Below, one piece after another: positions 28,872 to 37,600 of a stretch of DNA of 64,000 nucleotides. Source of the stretch: Candidatus Sericytochromatia bacterium (GTDB taxonomy: Bacteria; Cyanobacteriota; Sericytochromatia; S15B-MN24; UBA4093); the NCBI GenBank assembly GCA_036676985.1, contig JAKFBU010000076.1, positions 32,001 to 96,000 of the forward strand, in the 5' to 3' direction. Under the pieces are notes generated by a model. It made no database searches. It was not told the DNA's origin and worked only from the letters and a program-made list of their open reading frames with translations. Within the stretch, counting starts at the first letter, position 1; every line of letters begins with the position of its first letter. The translations under genes were made by a program, and so were the position numbers.

Positions 28872-29940
28872 AGGCAAGGTGGGGGGCCAGGAGCTCTCCT
28901 ACGGCCGACACCCAGCTCGGATGGGAGTTGAGGGACGGCACCAGCCGCAGGTCCTCGCCGCCATGGGCGCGGAAGGTCTCCCGGGCGCGCAACCCGATCT
29001 CCTCGAGCGTCTCGAGGCAATCCGCCGTGAAGGCCGGGCACATGACGGCCAGGCGCTTGACGCCCGCCTGGGCGAGCTCTGCGAGCCGCTCGTCGGTGTA
29101 GGGTCGGATCCAGGGCGTGCGCCCCAGGCGCGACTGGAAGGAGACGCTGTGGGCGCCCTCCGGCAAGTCCATGGAGCGGGCGAGGGCCCGGGCGGTGGCG
29201 AAGCACTGGGCCCGGTAGCAGCTCCGGTTGACGTCCGTGAGGGTATCGCAGCACCCGGCCGAGGCCAGGCAGTGGGATCGCGTGTCGTCGCCCTTTTTCA
29301 GGTGGCGCTCGGGCAGCCCGTGGAAGCTGAAGAGCACGTGATCGGGCCGGAACTCGGTGAGCGTCGGGGCGGCCACCTCCGCAAAGGCCCGCAGGAAGGC
29401 CGGGTGATCGTAGAAGGGCTCCACCACCTGGACCGAGGGCATCGTCCACCAGGTGCCGAGCACCCGGTAGACCTCGGCTACGGCCGTGCCCGTGGTCGAC
29501 GTGGCGAACTGGGGAAAGAGGGGCAGGACGATCAGGCGCTCGACGCCACGGGTGCGCAACCGCCAGAGGGCATTGGGCAGCGAGGGCGCGCCGTAGCGCA
29601 TGCCGAGCTCCACCGGGACGTCCGGCCCGAGGGCCGCCTGGACCTGCCGCGCCAACTCCTGCGCGTGCACCATGAGGGGCGAGCCCGCCTCCGTCCAGAT
29701 CTGGCGGTAGGCCTCGGCGGACTTGCGCGGCCGGAAGGGCAGGATGACGAGGTTCAAGAGGAGCCAGCGCCCGAAGGCCGGCATGTCGAGCACCCGGGGG
29801 TCGCCGAGGAACTGCCGCAGGTAGTCCCGGACCTTGCCGGACGTGGGGGCCTCGGGGGTGCCGAGGTTGATGAGCAGGCAGCCTGTCTTTCCGGGTCGGG
29901 GGTCCATCGTCTCCAGCCAGTCGCGAGGGGTCGGCGTCAT
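28858..29940 (-). CDS. hemH: Ferrochelatase
   Basis: LINLGTP, MRYG, PLFPQF, FSFHGLP, FQSRLG, FTADCLETLEEI, SLN. Confidence 0.96.
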   Translation of the reverse strand: MTPTPRDWLETMDPRPGKTGCLLINLGTPEAPTSGKVRDYLRQFLGDPRVLDMPAFGRWLLLNLVILPFRPRKSAEAYRQIWTEAGSPLMVHAQELARQVQAALGPDVPVELGMRYGAPSLPNALWRLRTRGVERLIVLPLFPQFATSTTGTAVAEVYRVLGTWWTMPSVQVVEPFYDHPAFLRAFAEVAAPTLTEFRPDHVLFSFHGLPERHLKKGDDTRSHCLASAGCCDTLTDVNRSCYRAQCFATARALARSMDLPEGAHSVSFQSRLGRTPWIRPYTDERLAELAQAGVKRLAVMCPAFTADCLETLEEIGLRARETFRAHGGEDLRLVPSLNSHPSWVSAVGELLAPHLASRSL

Positions 29941-30027
29941 GCCGATCTTACGCGCCGGATCCCGGGGCGTCCAGTCGCCAAGAGCCCGGGGCGACGCCTC
30001 GCGCCGCCCCGGGCCTCGCGGGTGCGC

Positions 30028-30357
30028 CTATTGGATGCGCACCAGGGCCTGGTACCGGTTGTCTCCGGTCTTGATGTAGAGGATGTCGCCTTGGGGTGCG
30101 CCGCCGGCACCGCCGCCCGAGAGCCGGAACAGCGTGTAGCCTTCGGCGTTGCCGACCTGGGTCAGTTGGTCGTTACGCAGGGGCAGGGCCTCGCCGCGGG
30201 TCTGGTAGATCCCGTTGTTGAACGCGATCGTCTCCGCGCCCATGCTCGGCTCGTAGACGACCTCGGTCGCCTTCTCGCCGCGCATGCCCGCGCAGCCCGC
30301 CAACAGTGCTCCCGCCAGGCCTGCCACGAGGGCGAGACCGAACAGCTTCGAACGCAT
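30028..30357 (-). CDS. Small hypothetical lipoprotein
   Basis: GGAGGA RBS; lipobox LAGC. Confidence 0.7.
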   Translation of the reverse strand: MRSKLFGLALVAGLAGALLAGCAGMRGEKATEVVYEPSMGAETIAFNNGIYQTRGEALPLRNDQLTQVGNAEGYTLFRLSGGGAGGAPQGDILYIKTGDNRYQALVRIQ

Positions 30358-30582
30358 GCAGAGTCCTCCTCCCGTTGGGTTTTGAGCGTCTAGAGCATAG
30401 ATCGACTTCCCGGGGCTGGCATGGGCCCCCGTACCAAAAGGCCTTGGTCGTTTCGAACAGCCCGGGGCGGCCACGCTTGGCCGCTTTCCGGGCGATCGCC
30501 TCTCGAGGGCTTGTAGGTTAAGGGGTATTTAAGGTAAAATTAACGCAGCTATCCTAGCCTTACCAGCGAAGCGAGGTAGATC

Positions 30583-32055
30583 GTGTCCATGCGCTCGTTC
30601 AAGCCGCTGTTGGCCCTGTTCTCCGCCGCCGTGGTGGCGAGCTGCGGCCTGATGCCCGGCTCCAACCCCCTGGGTGGCGATGAGGGCAAGCCCATCGTCT
30701 TTGGCAACCCCAACCAGATCGTCGCCGTCGAGATGACCTTCACGGATCGCAAGCAGGTCCAGGGGCTCGCGGACGCGGGGGTGGACTTCTGGGCCATCGA
30801 CCGCAAGGGCAAGCGCATCAAGGCCGCCCTCGACCAGGCGCAGTACGAAGCCGCCGTGAAGCTCGGCCTCAAGATCACGCGCCGGAGCGATCGCTACCTC
30901 AAGAACACCTTCGACAAGGGCTACCACACCTACGACACCATGCTCGCCGAGCTCAAGGACGTGGCCGCCAAGTACCCGCAGCTCGTGGAGCTGGTCGACA
31001 TCGGCGACGGCTGGGAGAAGACCCAGGGCCAGGCCAACCGCGACCTGTGGGCCGTCCACTTCAAGAAGGCCGGCGCCGGCAAGCCCACCGTCATGTTCGC
31101 GGGCTGCCACCATGCCCGCGAGCTCGTGACGCCCGAGATGGTGCTCGGCATGGTCCACCACCTCGCCAACGGTTACGGCAAGGACGCCGAGGTGACGGCG
31201 GCCGTGGACAACCGCGACATCTGGCTGGTGCCCATGGTCAACCCGGACGGGCATGCGCTCGCCGCCAAGGGCGCCAACCAGCGCAAGAACACCAACAACG
31301 TCACGGGCGGCAAGAGCCGCCGGGGCGTGGACCTGAACCGCAACTACGACGCCTCGTGGGGCACGGCGGGCGACTCCGGCAACGCCGAGTCGGACACCTT
31401 CCGCGGCACCAAGGCCTTCTCGGAGCCCGAGACCCAGGCCATCCGCGACCTCATGACCCGCATCAAGCCGGTCATGTACCTCACCTTCCACTCCTTCGCC
31501 AACTCGGTCATGTGGAGCTGGGACAAGACCACCGCCCCCCCTCCGGACAAGCGTCTCGAGCCCATCGGCAAGGCGCTCGGCAAGCTCTCGGGCTACGACG
31601 CCTACCAGGGCAGCCAGATGTACGTCAACAGCGGTGACGACGTGGACTGGGCCTTCGAGAAGCTGGGCACGCTCGCCTACACCGTCGAGATCGGCGGCTA
31701 CAGCGACGGCTTCGATCCCCCCTACTCGCGCGTCGCCCAGTTCTGGAACGAGAACCGGCCCATGATGCTCTACACGCTCAAGATCGCGGACAACCCGAGC
31801 GCGGTCTTCGGCCCCGAGGTCACCGCCGCCGCGGTGGCGGGCGGTCGCCTCTCGATCGCGGGCAAGAGCCCGGTCGCTGCGGCCGAGTACTTCGTCGGCA
31901 AGCCCGGCGTGGCCGGCTCCGGAACGCCCCTGCGGGTGGACGGCCTGACGGCCACGGGGCTCGCCCCCGTCACCGAGGGTCGCCACCTCCTCTACGTCCA
32001 CGCCAAGGGCCCGAACGGCGCCTGGGGACCGTGGGAGACGACCTGGACCCGCTAA
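30583..32055 (+). CDS. M14 zinc carboxypeptidase (carboxypeptidase T-like), lipoprotein
   Basis: Lipobox VASC; HHARE, NPDG, RKN, GVDLNRNY, FSEPET, TFHSF, YTVE. Confidence 0.93.
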   Translation: MSMRSFKPLLALFSAAVVASCGLMPGSNPLGGDEGKPIVFGNPNQIVAVEMTFTDRKQVQGLADAGVDFWAIDRKGKRIKAALDQAQYEAAVKLGLKITRRSDRYLKNTFDKGYHTYDTMLAELKDVAAKYPQLVELVDIGDGWEKTQGQANRDLWAVHFKKAGAGKPTVMFAGCHHARELVTPEMVLGMVHHLANGYGKDAEVTAAVDNRDIWLVPMVNPDGHALAAKGANQRKNTNNVTGGKSRRGVDLNRNYDASWGTAGDSGNAESDTFRGTKAFSEPETQAIRDLMTRIKPVMYLTFHSFANSVMWSWDKTTAPPPDKRLEPIGKALGKLSGYDAYQGSQMYVNSGDDVDWAFEKLGTLAYTVEIGGYSDGFDPPYSRVAQFWNENRPMMLYTLKIADNPSAVFGPEVTAAAVAGGRLSIAGKSPVAAAEYFVGKPGVAGSGTPLRVDGLTATGLAPVTEGRHLLYVHAKGPNGAWGPWETTWTR

Positions 32056-32116
32056 CCCGTCCCTTGACCCGGGCCCCCCTGTTTCGGCAGGGGGGCCCGT
32101 CGGTATAACTCCCTAG

Positions 32117-32650
32117 ATGAGCAACGTCGCGATCGATGACCGGAAACTGGGGCAGTACCTCCGTCGGACCCGCAAGCTGGACCAGGCCACCCTGGAGAAG
32201 GCGCTGCGGATCCAGGAGGACTTGCCGTTCTTGCGCCTGGGCGAGATCCTGCTCGGCCTCAAGGCGATCACCTTCCGGGACCTCACCGAGGCCCTCTACA
32301 GCCAATTCTCGGAGGCCCTCTTCGGGCATGTGATCGTGCGGCGCAAGATCACGACCCCCGAGCGGGTCCAGGAGGCCCTCGAGCGCCAGATCAACGAGCC
32401 GCAGCGCCGCCTGGGGGAGATCCTCGTCGAGCTGGGCTACGCCACCGCGATCCAGGTCGAGGAGGCGCTCGCCGAGCGCGAGCTCTACAACGAGTACAAG
32501 TTCCGCCTCGGCTTCAACCGCTACTTCGAGGACGAGCCCGATCCGCTCGCCCAAGAGGCGGCTCTCCTGGACACTCCGCCCGGCTGGGCGGCCGAGATCC
32601 AGGGCCTCCAGTCCGAAACGCCCCGCTGGCTGCCGACCGATCCCACGTGA
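32117..32650 (+). CDS. Stand-alone MshEN-repeat protein (putative c-di-GMP receptor)
   Basis: Four RLGxxL-like repeats: KLGQYL, RLGEIL, LFGHVI, RLGEILVELG. Confidence 0.75.
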   Translation: MSNVAIDDRKLGQYLRRTRKLDQATLEKALRIQEDLPFLRLGEILLGLKAITFRDLTEALYSQFSEALFGHVIVRRKITTPERVQEALERQINEPQRRLGEILVELGYATAIQVEEALAERELYNEYKFRLGFNRYFEDEPDPLAQEAALLDTPPGWAAEIQGLQSETPRWLPTDPT

Positions 32651-33132
32651 TGAAAACCAACGCCGTCCGACTGCTCGACCAGGCCAAGATCCCCTACCGG
32701 TTGGTGGACTACGAGGTCGACGAGAGCGACCTTTCCGCCGAGTCCGTGGCCCGCAAGATCCAGATGCCCGAGGCCCAGGTCTTCAAGACCCTGGCCCTCA
32801 AGGGCGACAAGACGGGCGTGCTCCTGGTGCTCGTGCCGGCGGGCACGGAGCTGGATCTCAAGGCGATCGCCGCAGCGAGCGGCAACAAGAGCTGCGAGAT
32901 GCTGCCCCTCAAGGAGGTGCAGCCGGTCACGGGCTACATCCGCGGGGGCGTCTCGCCCATCGGCACCAAGAAGCGGTTTCCGGTCTACCTCGACGCGAGC
33001 GCCGGGTCCCACGACACGATCAGCATCAGCGCGGGGACGCGCGGGACGCAGATCCTGCTCGATCCGGCGCGCCTCCAGGCCATGCTCCAGGCCAAGCTCG
33101 GCGCCTTCGCGCGCCCGGTGACGGCGGGCTAG
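32650..33132 (+). CDS. ybaK: Cys-tRNA(Pro) deacylase YbaK/EbsC
   Basis: MKTNAVRLLD, VFKTL, TGYIRGGVSPIG, SAGTRG. Confidence 0.93.
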   Translation: MKTNAVRLLDQAKIPYRLVDYEVDESDLSAESVARKIQMPEAQVFKTLALKGDKTGVLLVLVPAGTELDLKAIAAASGNKSCEMLPLKEVQPVTGYIRGGVSPIGTKKRFPVYLDASAGSHDTISISAGTRGTQILLDPARLQAMLQAKLGAFARPVTAG

Positions 33133-33144
33133 GCGCCCCTCACC

Positions 33145-33184
33145 ACACCAGGCATGGGCCGCCGATGGCCGCCTACCGGCGGCT
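33145..33184. repeat. 40-bp intergenic repeat, copy 1
   Basis: 36/40 identical to 52024-52063; contains hairpin GCCGCC-TACC-GGCGGC. Confidence 0.7.
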
Positions 33185-33257
33185 AGGCGGAACAGTTTTG
33201 TGAGGCACTCTGGTAGAATCAAGGAACGTCCAACATTTCCTGGAGGAGACCTCAGTC

Positions 33258-33428
33258 ATGGCCACGACTTGTACGGTTTGCAAAGGCGAGGGCATCGTCA
33301 GCTGCCGGAAGTGCTTCGGGACCGGTAAGATGGACCATCCCGCCGGATACGGCTCGACCGTTTGCGACCAGTGCGAGGGTGAGCTCGAAGTCGATTGCTC
33401 GCGCTGCGAGGGGACCGGAGAGGTCTAG
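33258..33428 (+). CDS. 56-aa stand-alone DnaJ-type zinc-finger protein (not in ORF track)
   Basis: GGAGGAG RBS; MATTCTVCKGEGIVSCRKCFGTGKMDHPAGYGSTVCDQCEGELEVDCSRCEGTGEV with four CxxCxGx(G) motifs; downstream hairpin. Confidence 0.85.
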   Translation: MATTCTVCKGEGIVSCRKCFGTGKMDHPAGYGSTVCDQCEGELEVDCSRCEGTGEV

Positions 33429-33552
33429 CCCGCGGCGCATCGGCTCGGGCCCCCGATCCGCAGATCCGGGGGCCCGTTCGTCTTCGGGGGGAACCTTTCC
33501 TCGCCCTTACGGGTCGAAGATCACGTCACCATATGCATAGATAGGAGGAGCG

Positions 33553-34248
33553 GTGGACTCCCAGTTCTGGATATCCCTCGTCAACATCATCATCATCGAC
33601 CTGGTGCTCTCGGGCGACAACGCCGTGGTCATCGCCATGGCCGTGCAGCACCTGCCGGCCGAGATGCGCACCAAGGCCGCCATCATCGGCGCGGCGGGCG
33701 CGGTCGGCCTGCGCGTCATCTTCGCGGCTCTGGTGGCCCTCCTGACCGGTATCCCGCTCCTTCAGGCGGCGGGTGCGCTGGCGCTCTTCTGGATCGCCTA
33801 CAAGCTCCTGGTCGAGCAGGAAGAGGACGTCCACTCGCACAAGGAGGTCCACGGCTTCTGGGAGGCCGTGAAGATCATCATCCTGGCGGACGTGGTCATG
33901 AGCCTGGACAACGTGCTCGCCATCGGCGGGGCGGCCCACGGCAACATCGGCCTCTTGCTCTTCGGCCTGGCGCTCAGCATTCCGCTGGTGCTCTTCGGCA
34001 GCTCCATGCTGACGACGCTGCTCAAGAAGTGGCCCGTGCTCTCGTACGTGGGCTCGGGCGTGCTCGCCTGGACGGCCGGCAAGATGCTCATGCACGACAA
34101 GATCGTGCATGCCTGGGTCGAGCGCTCGGGTCTCACGGCGGTCGACGACTTCGTCCCGTTCGTGGCGACGGTCGCGGTGGTCGGGGCGGGCTACTTCTTC
34201 GGCCACAAGAAGCAGGAACAGCGCGAGCCGGGCGACGTGCACGCCTAG
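33553..34248 (+). CDS. TerC family (YjbE-like) membrane protein
   Basis: IDLVLSGDNAVVIA and ADVVMSLDNVLAI motifs. Confidence 0.92.
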   Translation: MDSQFWISLVNIIIIDLVLSGDNAVVIAMAVQHLPAEMRTKAAIIGAAGAVGLRVIFAALVALLTGIPLLQAAGALALFWIAYKLLVEQEEDVHSHKEVHGFWEAVKIIILADVVMSLDNVLAIGGAAHGNIGLLLFGLALSIPLVLFGSSMLTTLLKKWPVLSYVGSGVLAWTAGKMLMHDKIVHAWVERSGLTAVDDFVPFVATVAVVGAGYFFGHKKQEQREPGDVHA

Positions 34249-34380
34249 GGGCGCGCCCAAACGACTCCAAACCAAGATTTGACCAAGTCCAAACACGCGG
34301 CCAACAGAAACCCGCACCCCGCGCGGTATAAGAGTCCCAGCGGAACGTCCGTAGGCGTTCGATTGAGAAAGGGCCCGGAG

Positions 34381-34536
34381 ATGGACGAGCAGAAGATCGA
34401 CGAAATTCAGGAGCTCTCGCTGGAAGAAGCCGCGGAAGTCAAGGGTGGTGGGTTCTGGTCCTGGCTGTTCGGCGGCTCCAAGGGCAAGAACTACGCGGCC
34501 GGTAGGGCTGCCTACTCCTCCAGCCGCCTGGCCTAG
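34381..34536 (+). CDS. Double-glycine-leader peptide precursor (bacteriocin/signal peptide-like), 51 aa
   Basis: MDEQKIDEIQELSLEEAAEVKGG|GFWSWLFGGSKGKNYAAGRAAYSSSRLA; ELSxEExxxVxGG leader; directly upstream of a C39-ABC transporter. Confidence 0.85.
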   Translation: MDEQKIDEIQELSLEEAAEVKGGGFWSWLFGGSKGKNYAAGRAAYSSSRLA

Positions 34537-34550
34537 GCGGCAAAGACATC

Positions 34551-34581
34551 GGCCGGTCCGGGATTCCCGGGCCGGCTTTTT
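34551..34581 (+). terminator. Intrinsic terminator after the precursor gene
   Basis: GCCGGTCCGGGA / TCCCGGGCCGGC followed by TTTTT. Confidence 0.7.
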
Positions 34582-34584
34582 CGT

Positions 34585-34621
34585 CGCTGGGCGGCCCGCA
34601 AGCCTTGCGGGCCGCCCAGCG
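34585..34621. repeat. Perfect 18-1-18 palindrome
   Basis: CGCTGGGCGGCCCGCAAG-C-CTTGCGGGCCGCCCAGCG. Confidence 0.7.
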
Positions 34622-34697
34622 TTTGATAACCGAGGGTTTGCGGTACAGTGACCTGACTCAACACGGGGCCAAACCACCCTTCCCGGTCAGGAGCGCC

Positions 34698-37600
34698 ATG
34701 GTCGCCAGCGACGTCATCGAGCGGCTGATTGCCGAGATCAGCGAGATCTCGGTCTTCTCCATGCTCTCCCGACCGCAGATCCAGGCCCTGCTCGACCACC
34801 TCACGATCGTGCCCCATGCCTTCGGCGACGAGGTGTGCGCGGAGGGCCAGGCGGCCGACACCCTCTACCTGGTCGTCAAGGGCTCGCTCAAGCAGTTCTC
34901 CGTCGCCGGCGGGGAAGAACGGACCGTCGGCGAGGTGCGGCGCGGCCAGACGGCCAACCTCCGCTCGGTGCTCGTCGACGGCATCAACGTCTGCGGTCTG
35001 CGGGCCGCCGAGGACACCTCGCTGATCCAGGTCCCCGCCGGGGTCTTCCTGGAGACCCTGGACCAGGATCCCATGCTGCGGCGCTACCTCGAGCGCCTTA
35101 CCATCGAGCGATCGCTCCAGAAGTTCCGTCGCCTGCTCCAGGCCAACGACATCCCCTTTCCCGTCGTCAAGGAGCTGATCGCCTCGCTCGAGGAGCAACG
35201 GACGAGCGCCGGAGAGGTCATCGTCGCCCAGGGATCCGTCCCGGACGGCTTCTACATCGTCCGGAGCGGCCGCTGCCGGATCTCGGTCGAGACCAGCGCC
35301 GACCACGAGCAGCGGGTGGGCCTGTACGAGGAAGGCCAATTCTTCGGTACCGAGTGCCTGCTCGAGCGCCTGCAGGCCCTGCAGACGGTCACGGCCGACC
35401 GCGACACCACCCTCTACCGCCTGCACCCGGACATCTTCCGCAAGAACGCCGTCGAGGCCCCCGTCCTGCTCAAGCTCTTCCAGCGCAAGGAGCTCATGCG
35501 CTCCCGCGAAGGTGGAGGCGAGGCCACGGCCACCAGCGAGCAGCTCCTGGAGCGCTGGATCCAGCAGGGCGGCGCTTCGGAGTCGGGTGACTCGGCGAGC
35601 CTCGTCGAGGCCGTTCTCGGGCGCATGGACGAGCTGGCGGAGGCGGCCGAGGCCCCCGCACCACTTGCGGCCCCGGAGCCTGAAGGCGCCGCTTCGCCCG
35701 AGCCCGCAGCCCCCCAGCGGCGGGCTCGGCGGAGGACCCGCTCTCGCCCGGATCCGCAGCTCGAGTACGAGCGTCAGCAGGCCCGCAAGAAGCGCTACGT
35801 CCACGTTCGCCAGCGGGACGAGATGGACTGCGGGGCGGCATGTCTGACGATGATCGCGCAGTACCACGGGCAGGAGCTGAGCCTGCGCTACTTCCGCGAT
35901 GCCGCCCACGTCTCGCGGGAGGGGACCTCGCTCCTGGCGCTCGCCGGGGCGGCCGAGCAGGCGGGCTTCACGACCAAGGGCGTGCGCCTTGCTGCCAGCG
36001 CCCTGCACAAGGTGCCCCTGCCGGCCGTCGCCCACTTCGGCTACCACTTCGTGGTCCTCTACGCCGTCGACGCCAAGGGCGTCACCATCGCCGATCCGGC
36101 CAAGACGATCGAGCACCTGACGTTCGAGGAGCTCGAGCAGCGCTGGGATGGCATCCTGCTGCTGCTCGAGCCGACGCCGCGCCTCTACGCCCACCGCCCG
36201 GAGAAGCGGTCCACGTACGGACGCTACCTCGCCATCGTGCGGCCCTACATGGGCCTGGTGCGCGACGCCTTCCTCGCCTCCTTCCTGCTCAGCCTGCTGG
36301 CGCTCTCGGTGCCGCTCTTCAGCCAGGTCATCCTCGACAAGGTCGTGGTGCACCAGTCCAGGGATCTGCTCAACCTCATCGGGCTGGGCATGCTGGTGGC
36401 GGTCGTGTTCCAGATGCTCGCCGAGGCGAGCCGCACCTACCTGGTCGGCTACGTGTCCATGAAGCTGGACGTGGCCCTGTCCAAGTACTTCTACCGCCAC
36501 GTCCTGCGCCTGCCGATGCGGTTCTTCGCCAATCACCGGGTCGGCGACATCACCACGCGCATGGGGGAGGTGGAGGGGATCCGCACGTTCCTGACCCAGG
36601 GGGCCGTGGGCACGGTCCTCGACGCGGTCATGCTGGTCCTCTACGTCGGCATCCTCGCCTACTACGACTGGCGGCTGCTCCTCCTGGTCGTGGGCTTCGC
36701 CGGCCCCCTCTTCCTCCTGGTCCGCCTCCTCACCCCCAGGCTCCAGAGCACCTACCTGCGCATGGCCGAGCAGCAGGGACTGGCCTCCTCCCGCCTGGTC
36801 GAGCAGGTCTCCGCGATCGGCGTCATCAAGTCCCTGGGCGCGGAGGACATCGCGCGCTGGCGGTGGGAAAAGGCGTTCGAGGGCGTGGCCCGCATGGAGT
36901 TCAAGCTGATCAAGCTGGGGCTCGTCATGACCACGGCGGGGCACGGGCTGATGCAGGTCGGCAACCTGGCCGTCCTGTACGTCGGGGCCCAGATGGTCCT
37001 CGCGGGCACCCTCTCGGTGGGTCAGCTCATCGCGCTGGTCTCGATCTTCGGCTCGATCATGCAGCCGGTCTTCCGCATCACCTCGCAATGGAGCGAGTTC
37101 CAGGAGCTCAAGGTGCGGCTGCAGCGCCTGGATGACGTCTTCGACACCCCGCCCGAGAGCGGCCCGCGCCGCTCGCCGATCCGGGCCTCGGTCCTCAAGG
37201 GCCATGTGCGCTTCGAGAACGTCTCCTTCTCCTACCAGGGTTCGAGCGGCCCCATGGTCCTCAAGGACCTCAGCATGGAGGTCTTCCCCGGCCAGCTGAT
37301 CGCCGTGGTGGGTCGCAGCGGCTCCGGCAAGACCACCCTCGCTCAGCTCGTCAACCGCCTCTTCGATCCGAGCGACGGGCGCATCCTCCTGGACGGCTTC
37401 GACGCGAAGGAGATCCCGCTTTCCCTGTTACGGCGCCACGTCGGCATCGTCATGCAGGACAGCACCCTCTTCAGCGGGTCGATCCTCGAGAACATCGCCT
37501 ACGGAGACGACGACCCCGATCTCGCGCGCGTCATCGAGGCCGCCACGCTCGCCAACGCCCATGGCTTCATCGTCAAGCTGCCGTCCGGCTACGGCACCCA

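Noticed and set aside
33440-33552. yybP-ykoY Mn riboswitch before TerC
   Set aside because: Conserved GGGGAGTA / GAGACC elements not seen
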